Assembly: GCA_009602725.1 (NCBI GenBank)
Contig: WELB01000025.1
Coordinates: forward strand, 453,276 to 517,275
DNA from: Spirogloea muscicola
Taxonomy: Eukaryota
Direction: 5' to 3'
DNA: 64,000 nucleotides
Position numbers and translations under genes: made by a program. The notes below the pieces were generated by a model. It worked only from the letters and a program-made list of their open reading frames with translations. It was not told the DNA's origin and ran no database searches. Shown in pieces: positions 37,751 through 48,491 of this stretch; the stretch's first letter is position 1; every line of letters begins with the position of its first letter.

Positions 37751-39759
37751 TCCCCCCCCCCCCCCCCCAAAGCTCTCACCTCACGAGCTCACTCCTTACC
37801 TCCACAGCCGGCGCCCTCTAAGATACCCACTTTCTTGTCTCCGGCAGTCCCCTCTCGCCTACTTCCAGCCCGTGGGCATGCTCCCGCGCCTGCAGCTGGG
37901 AAGCTAACGCCCGCACCTCCATCCCGCCGTGCCGCGCCCCCGTGCTCTCTTCTCTTGACGACGGGGAGTTGCTCGCTGTACGAGTGGGCCGGCGACTGCT
38001 TCTGTACCACACCATGTTGCAGCGTGAAGGTCAGAAGCGCGACTAGCTCTAGCTGCTGGCTCGACAAGGCATCATGCTGCTCCAGACTAGGCGGCCCTAC
38101 CAATACAGCGTCTTGTTGCTGCGTTCACAGTCATGCACAGCAGTCACCGGCTGCTGTGCATCTCCACTATGTCACTTGTCACGAGGTTAGGTGTTTACTG
38201 TGCTTGTGCTGAGCTTACTTTCATTCTTTAAAGCAGAAGTGATGATGCACTGTAGCACCTTGACTGATCCCCAGGATCCAGTTGAGGCTTTGGGAGCTCA
38301 CAAGCTGCACGTGCAGGCTTTGGATAGTCATATAGTACAATCTAGCGATGAGGTGGAGCATTCTTGTTGTGCTCCTACTTGCAGTATTTGCAAGTCGATT
38401 TGCTCATCCTGCAGAAGCAACTGGTATGGTTCGCAGCTGGTAACCTACCCTCTATACAGTCTTGCTTTGGGACAGCTCTTGCATGTGAGGTCTCGCTGGA
38501 TCTGGGTGACGTATCTAGTTCGCTGCTATGCACAGACTAGAAATAAGGCGAGCTGTACATCCAAAGATACGTACGTCACGTGGCCACATAGCTATACAGG
38601 CCGAATAATCCATCGTCCCAATTGGTGCACATGCGTATGTACTAACCATGAGCAAGACAAGGATGCCTACCCCCGTTTCATGCCTCATAACTTACTACAT
38701 GGTTGTCCAAAATGCTCCCCACCAGGCAATGAGCCTGCCACTGTGGCAGCAGCTGTAGGTACCAGCAGAGTGGTCGAGGTCCCCGGACATTACGGGGGTT
38801 TGGCTTGCGAAGGGCTGAACATGACTGCTTGGTCGCCACTGGAAATCGCTGCTGCGTGTGCATACATGCGTAACCTCAAGAACATCACTGGGACAAGCCT
38901 GCGGCAGGCAGCGCCAACCTTTGGTGAGTGCGAGTGAGCAGCTCCTGACAGTCGAATCTTGGCGAGCCTTATCTTATGCGTAAGCAAGTGTGCTCCGCTG
39001 CAGATCTTGTCACTTCGATAGCCAACTTGTATGTGTTTGTGCATCATTAAGGCGCAGTATGTATAAACAGGGCTTGCGCCAGCAAATGGTGTTATCGAGG
39101 ACCAGCTGTCACTGCATTGTTGCAGGCTGCACAACCAGTATGATACAAGTCATACAGAAGACAGACAATCCGCCTATATTCTACCAAGATCCCATGTGGT
39201 GTCCAGGTCAATACTGCTGGTTGGCAACTTATCAGGTCTATTACATTTATATTGTTAACCACTGCTGGACTGCCAAGGCCAGGGTCATTTATTTAACATC
39301 CCAATATTTCCAGAACTTCTGGCCTTGGCAACCGCAACATGATGGACTTCACTCAATCGGTGGTAGCAAGCACCACTTCCGCTTCCAAATCGTGAGTGCC
39401 AGGACCATGCCCTTGAGCAATTAACGAGATGGAGTTTGATACCCTACTTGACCTGTACTTCGATTGCTGCTACTACCTGCACCAATGATATCACTTGGTC
39501 ATACCTGCACTAGCAATCTACTCCGTAGACTAGTGCAAAAAGTTAGGAGTATAAGATGATGCTGCCATTGCTGATATGGAAACTGTATAGTCTGCAGCCA
39601 GGTAAAGGGCATGCGTTGCTGATAGGTCAAGAGTGGGTGGTCCGATATGCTACCAACTTTGGTCAAATTGCACGTGCTCCGTTTGACGGCTTCCCCTACG
39701 CCATTTGGCCTTCCAGTGTGGTATGGGCAGAGCAAGAGGACGGCGATGTAAGTCCCTGA
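37751..39759 (+). CDS. Putative Pro-rich/Cys-rich protein with a C-terminal TPD1-like domain; 5' end lost in an assembly gap
   Basis: Phase-compatible GT-AG exons ~37751-38029, 38536-38923, 39126-39391 and 39598-39747/39759. CTTSMIQVIQ...YYIYIVNHC...IYLTSQYF...LLIGQEWVVRYATNF...YAIWPSSV follows the TPD1 motif order. Confidence 0.5.
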
Positions 39760-40326
39760 TCTGCGCTTGCTGCCAATCCGCTCAAGCATGTCCAAATTGA
39801 CTGCATACTGCTGAGAGTGACTTCAAGTATTCTCACAACCTGGCAAGTGATGGGATTATCTTGCAGATCTTATTGTCTGACACTGGTATTCCTCGTCTAC
39901 AGGCTTCATGACACTGGACTTGCTATTTGGCGCTTGGTGTATACAAGAAAATCTGGAATGTTTGAGTAGTGGGTTGCTTCAAAGCTAAGAGTTCAGCTTC
40001 ACTCTACCACAACAACCTAAAGTGGGCAAGAGATACGCTATCATTTGGCAAGTCTTATGGAAACATCACAAAGATCACAAAGTGACACCACATGGCACCA
40101 CATATATCTATGCTTATCATCATATCAGGTATGAGCCTGCACGATTCGAGGAGAAGGACCAGATAACAATGATGGAGTACCCACAATTCTTCAAGCATAG
40201 TTCCTCAGAAATACATGGCTCGTACCAGTCTTGCAGCCACAACTTGCAAACAATGTGTAGCAGGGCCAGGAAGGCGGCCTTACGCTTAAGCTCAACTTGG
40301 AAGTCCTGAGATTTGGGAGAGATTCA

Positions 40327-41864
40327 TCAGACTGAAAAGGACTCAACAAGTTTGCGAAGCATCGCCTTGTTGGCAGACCACTGTGAGTCTGAGGCGCTGA
40401 CCACCAGCAGAAGCACAACATTGCCCTTGGCAGTTGCTGCTGCCAGATTATGTGCACCAGATCTCGCATAAGGAGTCTCCAATGCATATGTGTAGTACTG
40501 CACAAAAGCGATACGCTACAACTCAGTCTGAGCAGATTAAAGAACTGACTTGAAGTATTGCAAGCAATTTGGCAGTCTAGGCCAGCAGGCTTTAATCCAG
40601 AGACGAGTATGACTGAGGCAGTTCTAGCTGTCAGGTACCTTGTAATCTAATAAGAGAGTGTCGAGCACTTACTGTTTGACCGTTGTTCTGCCGTATATTG
40701 GTCTCTACAACCTCCTCTGAGTCATAACTGTCACCGGTAACAAACGGACCCAGAGCAGAGATTATCTTCTCTGGGTCACCAATCTCCTCAATTGTTGAAT
40801 TTGGCTTGTTCGTAAGTCGAACCATAGGAGAAGCTATCACCTGCAAAATATCTGTCCCATCGATGTGAGTGCGATAATATCCTCCATTGCATGTCAACTG
40901 GCCTATACAAGGACTACAATCGTGGTGTACAAGTGGGATGGCTAAGAACTGAGAGAGACAAGGACCGAATTTGGTGCACAGAGCTTCCTATGACATGCAT
41001 AACCGGCTGGACTACAGAAGATTGAGGTGCAAGAGCACCACCTGCAGCATCCCTTGACTTGGGTCCTCAAACTTGACCTCTGTCCACGGCTCAGCACACT
41101 TGGGCTGGCAGTAGTTGCCAGACATGATGTTGGCAATGCGAGCTTCCTTCCAGGTCGGAGGCAGGTAGAATGTATAGGGAGACACATTGCCTGTGAGCGG
41201 TGGAATGGAAGCCTTGAAAAGACAGGTCAGGGGGATTGCAGCACCAGGACAGTCTGAATTCAAACAAAGAACAAACGAACGAAGGAGCGTCCTCCAGAAG
41301 CCCACAACGAAGACCCAAATCAGCTCTGACTGCTGCAGGAGCATTTGTGATTGCTTCAGAACGGCACGGACTGGTGAACTGACAAGCCAGGACTGCGAGT
41401 CCCCTGCAACGAGCAAGCGGGCTGTCCTGGATCAGCGCACCGGCTCTGAGGGCTGGCGTTGCCGTGGAAGCAGGCGTGAAGACGACGAAGCCGTCGTCGG
41501 AGGCCTTGGGCAAGTACTTGCCGACCTCCACAACTGCGGCAGATGCTTCGCCCCGACTGCCGACGCCGGAGGTCGCAGCGGCCAGGCATGCGCCCGCAGC
41601 AGCCAAGAAGGCTTGCCTCCGGGAGAGCTCCAGGCGGCCGCCCGCTTCAGCTTCACTTGGCGACGTCCCGGCGGAGCCCCGGGGAGCGTCGGCAGCCAGG
41701 CACGCCAGTCGTGGCGAGCTGGGCTGCCCGGCGCCGTCCTGGCGGTGGCCGCCGGTCAGGCAGCTCGCCGGCGGCGGCGCGGCCGCGAGGCGCGGCGCCA
41801 TGGTCTCCGTGAGCGACGAGCGGGCCGAGAGCGCGCAGCAGGCGCCGCTGGCCAGCGCCGCCAT
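40327..41864 (-). CDS. PPD6: PsbP domain-containing protein 6 (thylakoid lumen, Tat-targeted), 4 exons
   Basis: Bipartite transit peptide with SRRQAFL...ASA; TPALRAGNVSPY; ANIMSGNYCQPKCAEPWTEVKFE; VIASPMVRLTNKPN; last exon YYTYALETPYARSGAHNLAAATAKG...ESFSV*. Confidence 0.93.
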
Positions 41865-43295
41865 GGCGGCAGCCGGGCGCGGGGCGCGGAGCCGAGGCGG
41901 GTGGCAGGGGACGTCTGCCTCGACGTGAGGACCAGCCGGGTTTGTCTGACGCCTCAGATGGCCAGCTTCTGGGCTTCACAGCCGTTGCCTTACGTTGGAA
42001 GAAAGTGGCTCTCCCAAATGGGGGCAAAGGATGTGAGCAGCTTTGGCAAAGCTTTTCCCGGATTGAAGCGTGCTAGCAACCCACCAGCAAGAGCTACGTG
42101 GCGCCACAGGCCACGGACTATGTCCGCAGGCCCACCTTCACGGAGGTGGCTGTCGGCTCGACGGACGCTTCACGGTGAGGTCAAGTTCTGGTTCTGTCTT
42201 GCCCTTACCGCCAGGGCGTGCCCGCCACAGAATCTCTTTTGGACCTCGTCATACTTTCGTGGGCTGGCCCTTGCTCGCCCCTTAGATAGGAAGACTCTTC
42301 CAGTCAACTTAAAGTCCGAAGGGGCTGGACAGTGCTAATAAGTGAAGTAGCTTCGTCGAAGGGCCGAGGGCTGCAAAGGACTAGCTCACGAATGAAAGAC
42401 AAGGCACAGAAGCAATAAAAAGGGACAGCCCTAATTTAGCTTGTCGCAGTAACATGTGCACACTCGTAGGAACCGAAGTCCACCTTCAGCTGTGCTTTCG
42501 CCCTGTTAAATAAAGCGCCATCATATGAGGCTTCGCTATGTGTAGCCCAATCTTTGCACTACATTTTGCCTGAACAATATATTGGCTCTTGGCCTCGCCT
42601 CCTTTCACCTCCTTCTCCGCACTAACTTTTGCCTTAACAGTATACTGGCTTGATGCGGCCTGCCTTCCATTTTGTGCGCACCGTGTGCCTTCTTCGTTTC
42701 CCTAAGTAGTTGTCCCTTCCTTTTGGGCTGGCCTTCCACAGCCACCGGCCCCCCTATAAGCCTGCTGCCTTCCTCTGCTTGGCCATTCTCTTGTCTGGGC
42801 GCCTAGCACAGCCCGTCCGTCTGAATGTCACTCCAGCTATTCGCTGGCGTTTTCTGGCTTTCATCTACTTCAACAAGGGAACCCCTTGGCTGCACTTCCT
42901 TCAACCTGAACTGGTCTCTGTAAGTTGGCCGCTTCCAGCTACTACGTTGCTCATCCATCTCTCCTAAACACCGCCCCTGACATAGGCGACACATCGTCTT
43001 TCGATATGCTTCATGCACATAAGCTTGTGTGCTGGATTGCTAACATCCTCCAAGCTCGCCTCTTTCATTGCAAGCTTGCACAGACCTGCTGCCAAGGGTC
43101 GAAACGGCCAAGGCCACTGACCAATAAAGTGCGCAAGCCTTCTCGTTAGGCTACAGCGTGCTTTGAGCAGCTTGCGTGCTCTTTGGCCCAATCTGTGTTC
43201 AGAGTTCTCATCAGACGTATGTTCCAAGACTTAATGTGGGTGCCTGTACTCGATGGCAGTCCTTTAGGCAAGTCTTCAGGACATTCTATTGGCAC

Positions 43296-45455
43296 TTAGC
43301 TTTCTCTTGGATACAGGATGTCATAGTGGCCTGGCCGATAAAGCAAGTGGACCAGTGGTTGCGAGCTTGTCGAGCAGCTTTGTCCTTCCTTCAGTAATGG
43401 AAGAAAATCGTGATGGTTGGTATCGGCCAAGTTCATACTTGTTCCTGTCGAGCTCCTGTCAAGATACTCAACCCGAACAGGGACCCCCAGAGCATCTGTA
43501 AGAGCAGTAATCTGCACGTGATCACTTTCTTCGCCCATGGGCTCAACCGAGCCTCGGCAGAACTGCACCAGAGTAAGTAACCATCCAGGATGCATGTAAT
43601 AAGCACATCTGCAGGAGGATGCAAGATGGGTGAAACTGCAGGAGTACTACACTCCTGAGTCGGATTTTCATCTGAGATCAAGATAAATCGTATGACTTCA
43701 TTGCTACTGGGAAAAGCCCCATCCAACACAAGGATGTTACATCAACTTTGTATAACTCCATTCCACAAGAGTTTACTGACCTTCAGAACATCCATTCCAG
43801 TCAGGCCAAGGATGAAAGGCTCAAAAAATTCAGCTCGAGCCTGTATCTCACAGGATGTCACAAAGCGTAGAAATATTACAACTGCCACGCCATATATTCA
43901 CGTCAGACTACGTTGTGAGAGCTCATAAAGTTTGCCTGCCATGGCACAGACTTGACATGCATGCCTGATGTAGAGAAAAACCACGGTAAAGTTCATAGAG
44001 CAGAGCCGGTAGTCCTGAAGAAGAAGAGTGATTCTTGGTAGCTTGGCTGAGACATGGCATACACGTATGTAGAACTCATGGACTAGACCAATTACCGTAA
44101 TTTGATATGGTCGGGTCCCGGCAGCGCTGCACCAGGTCATCAATGCTTGAAATGAAAGAAGAACACACCGTCAGTTGTTTGAGGCATCAGCGAGCTGTAA
44201 GAGATACACGGGCTATCCATCTCTTCAGAGGGACAAGCGGATAGCCTATGATATCAGCAGTAACATTCGCGTGTATCGATCACCTTATGCTTGCCTCATC
44301 ACCAGGAACAACTGCTTCAAGCTGCTCAACAAAAGTCTGCACGCGTGCAAATCATTTGATCAGTGAAGCCAACCGGTCAAGCCATAGTTCATATGACCGT
44401 AAGCAGATAGAATCACTTCGAAATCTGAGCAGCCTAGTATCACCATACTGGCATTCATCTCACTGCGAGGAAGTCTTCCCAAGTCAGCTCAGGATAGCCA
44501 GCCTTGACAAGAGAGTGCTTGCATTGCTCGAGAGCGTTGAGCATTCGGTCAACCTCCTCCTTGTCTTCTCGAATCAGAAGCTGCTCCTGCTTAGACAAAG
44601 AGTAGCGAAATTGCCTCAGCTGCTCCTCATAGCCAAGTAGTTTGCTGCATGAAGAGATTGTGGCCTGGATCATATGCACAACTGACTTTCCAGGAACCAA
44701 TAGCCGCGAGAAGATACCAGGTATGAAAACATGAAACTTCTGAAAAAACAGTTGCCATCTCCACGAGCTCGTCGGAATGCACCATAAGACTTGCTCAAGC
44801 TCTGCACAAGTGATGTAAACAACATCTAGGATGTGAACAGTTGGACAACTGCGTAGCAACACACAGACTGATCCTCAGTTACGATGGCTGATTGCATTGC
44901 AGTCTGAGGATGGCGAAGGAAGCCTGCCAGAAGTGCTTCTACAGCCAGGTCTACCACATATGGCAGACGAGCGAGAAATGCCAAGAGATGCTAGGGACTA
45001 ACTTATGAATGACGTGGTTCAAGCACAGCCTCAAGCCAACAGGGAGATGCTTCACCTCAATCTTGGTTCTGAAGATGGTTGTGCCAATTGCATACTCAGC
45101 CGCAAGAGCAGCAATGCCCTCCTGGGCAAGGCAGGAGTTTGAAGAACAATCTAAACACACAACTGCTGCATGTGCTGGCATTCATAGCAGTTGAAGTCCA
45201 CTGCATGGCTCCTTCTACTGAAAGAAGATATCTACGATGACCTGGCAAGCCAGGTCCAGCAAATGTAGAGCTTGTCACCTTGTCACCGACAAGCTCCGAT
45301 TTTTGTGATACTGCTGCCTCTATGGCATTCTCTTGTGCTATAATGGAATCATCGGATGGCCGGCAATCTCCAGCTGAATCTATACAGGGGGTGCTGCAGC
45401 TGTCAACTTTGTGAGAGCACTCATCAATCGACAAGTTACGATCATAGATTCCCAT
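43296..45455 (-). CDS. OTU1: Otubain-type OTU deubiquitinase (OTU1/OTUB1-like)
   Basis: IIAQENAI...VGDK; catalytic RRARGDGNCFFRSFMFSYL; VEPMGEESDHVQITALTDALGVPVRVEYLD; LLYRPGHYDILYP. A 5' UTR exon probably lies in the island at ~45740-45990. Confidence 0.92.
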
Positions 45456-46159
45456 TAAGTGCTCCAACCTGCGTAACAAGAACACCAACGTAGACGCTGT
45501 CAGAATGTCATCCCTATGCTCAGGCGATCTGTGATCAAACAAATCTATCCTGCTGCTGAGATTGTGAGTTTCCAAGTCAGCCATGACCAAGCGTGAGTGC
45601 ACTACTTCGACTACATACGAGAGTCAGCTCAAGAAAGACGAGTCTGCCTGCTCAAGACAGCCATTTGCCGACCCCAACCATATCTTGCAAACAAGAGTCT
45701 CTATTCTGAAGTGAGCCAGCTTGGAATTGACACTGACGAGCGCGGTAAGTGAGCCTCCTGCTGGTCGGTGGTTTGCTGGCGCCCGCTCCTCAGTTGTCTT
45801 CAAGGCCAGCTGGCGTCGCTGGCCCAGGCAGGCTGGCTTGCTCGAGCGAGGGCTCCCTCAAAGCCGATTTCCGCTGCCGCAGCCCCGGCAGACTCCGCGC
45901 AGACTGGACGCAGGACCGCCCCGTGCCGGCGCTGGCGGCGCGCGTGGAGGCCGGCAGGCAGGCAGGCCAGCGTCTGGGGGGCCAGGAGCAGTTGGGGAAT
46001 GTCGGACAGGAAAGAAGACTCGAAGAAGTGAGATCTTCCGAAGAAAAAAGTGCTTGACCCGAGAGAAGGAAGGATTCCGTGTATTTGAAACAAACGAAGG
46101 CCAAATGGGCAAGTACAAAGGCAAGCACATCTTGAGACCTACCTAACCTACAGAAGTTG

Positions 46160-46960
46160 ACCCGCTCAGTAACCACGGGTCAAAACCGAAAGGTCGCTAA
46201 TCGATGCCTGAATACTAGATGGCAGATACGAAGCCCTTCTGCCACCAACTAGAGCTCGCCCAGCTTTCTGGTGCAAAGCATTAGCCTGAGCAAGCTGCAG
46301 ATAGGCCGAAAGTCGTCGTCGCAAGAACGACAAATATGCAGCTGGCAAGCCCACCTCAGCCGGGAACACATCTGCATGTCGTGTGTAGCATAGATTGGCT
46401 ATTTATAAAAGGAGAGTAAGGAAACGAGAACCTAAGCAGCCAAAGATGTCGACTGCCGCTGGCAGGAGCTGATCACATAGGGGGTAAACGTAGTAAATCT
46501 GCAGCTTCCTTTGTTCAGCACTGCCCACTGCGTGGCCAGCGTGTCGATGCTGGACCTTTACAGGCCTCCGTACTCACAACATCGACCAAGGCCCGTCGAC
46601 CTCCACCAGGTTGCACGCCCACAATGTCAAGTGTGCGGCGATGATGACGTCCCTGGGCATTCGCGGTGATAGGCATGATATTGTGCACTTCCACGACCAC
46701 ACGGTACCCGGCGTCGCGCATCAAACCCGCCAGGGCATCACGGAGGAGGTTGTGCATGCCCACAACTTCTGGTCCAGTGGGGCGTCGCAGCATGTGAGTG
46801 GCGAGCTCAGCACCCTCTGCACGGAAGCCGCACTCACACTGGCGCACCCTAATCAAGCAGTTAGGTGGGAGGCCGAGGAAGAGTTGAAGCAACGTCCGAA
46901 AGGCCTCGGAGCTGATGCTGAAGGCGTTGGCTACAGCCAACGCCTTCAGCATTGTTGTGA
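46160..46960 (-). mobile_element. Degenerate RLE endonuclease region of a CRE-like non-LTR retrotransposon (family B)
   Basis: LFLGLP...CECG...THMLR (zinc knuckle relic), HNLLRDAL, RTLDIV, ALVDV; then, after a frameshift, AEQRKLQIY and LLPAAVDIFGCLGSRFL; then RRRLSAYLQLAQANAL...SDLSVLTRGY*. Confidence 0.8.
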
Positions 46961-47159
46961 GGTGATCCAGTCTGTGGCTCTAGGTGTGGCGAGGGAAGTA
47001 AGTCTTGCCAGGCTCCTTGGATTGTTGTGAATCTCTGGCAGCCTCCTCAACCTTCTGCGGCGCTCATCTTCCGCTCACCTTCCACTGCCGTAACCAGTGT
47101 GGATTGTGCCCCTCTATCAGAAGCTTGGGCGAGGGCGGAGAATGGCCTGAGGAGGGGTT

Positions 47160-48135
47160 GTATAGAGGAAAAAGAGCCGATTGCCGAGCAAGCCAGCCCA
47201 AAAAAGAACAATGTCCATAACCAAAGAAAAAGGTGCCGAAAGAGGACTACACTACAAAACACGAGATGAGGTTCCGAAGGGAAAGTGGCTCTCCCGAAGT
47301 GGGCGGGGGCTCTAAAAAGCCAGCCCGAAGAGTATAGAGAGAAGGCGCGCGGAGCGCCGAAATAGGAAGAGGGGAGCAGTTGTCAAGTGTGCGGCGCCGC
47401 TCAAGGGGCCGAGCGGCGGCAGGAATAGCCAACCACTGGTAGGTGCTGACAACGCTACCCGTGCGCTTGCAAGGAAAGAGAGGCCAATCCGAGACTTGAC
47501 AAAGTCCTGGAAGAGAGAAAGAAGGAATGAGTGTGTACTGAGAAGCCTCGTCCCCTTTAGAAGAGCTGATTCACATCGACTTCCAAAGTAAGTCGATGGC
47601 TGTGAGAGGCCAGCCCAAAAGGAATGAATTAGGTCCGACATGGCCGGAAGGTGCAATCATACGAAACTACTCTCAGTGAAGGTCGCAGTGTCGAAGACGG
47701 GAGGCGGCAGCCAACGCGCACTAGTTTGGGCAACACATTTTAGCGAAGCCCTGGAGGAGCTAAGGAAGCAGGTGGAAGAAAGATAGAAACAACTGGTCCA
47801 ATGTAATGGAAAGCACGCCTGGAAGGGGCGTTTCAGTATCCACGAGTGAGCGCATCACCTTAAGAAAACGGAAATAGCGCGCGTGCATGTCGGACAGGCT
47901 GACTTGGGGAGCAGAGCGGAAGCACCGCGGAAGCCGGTGCGCCAGCATGCTGAAGGAAGAAATTGCCAGCCCATAGAAAATAGGGGCAGGGAAAGGCCAG
48001 CCCAAAAGGAATGGACAAGACCCAAAGACCCAAAAGGTGCTGATAACAAAACCCAAACTGCTGGACACGAGACGACGCAGATGGAAGCTTTAGTACCGAC
48101 GAGTGAGCAGCAGCAAGTCCGAGTAACTCGCAGGA
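47160..48135 (-). mobile_element. Retroelement-end cluster upstream of HD2
   Basis: Terminal motifs at ~47165-47265, 47280-47330, 47580-47655 and 47960-48135. The last includes an SDLLLLTRRY* relic and a family A-like UTR. Confidence 0.65.
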
Positions 48136-48170
48136 GGGCCTGGGCATGCGAGCGCTACAGGCTCAGCAAG

Positions 48171-48272
48171 AACCGCAGTTTGTAGCACGCAACTAACGCC
48201 TTCGGTAAGCTTGTATGCCCCAACCACAGTTTGTAACACGCAACTCACGCCTGCGGTAAGCTGGTGTTTCCC
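48171..48272 (+). repeat. Two-copy 51-bp tandem repeat in the HD2 upstream region
   Basis: aacc(g/a)cagtttgta(g/a)cacgcaact(a/c)acgcct(t/g)cggtaagct at 48171 and 48222. Confidence 0.75.
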
Positions 48273-48491
48273 CTAGCTGCCTCCGCCGACTTTGGAGGCA
48301 AAACTAAGGGACGAGGTCCAAAAGGGCCGGAGAAAGCAAACCAAGGGCTCTCCCGTGACGAGGCGGGGCGAGCGCCAGGGTTTAGGCTTACCTAGTAGTG
48401 CCTCCTGTGAACCACTCCGCCCCCATTTCCACGCCGCCGGCCGCCACTACCGCCGCCGCCCTCGCCGCCGGCGGGCTTACCTTCTCACGCG

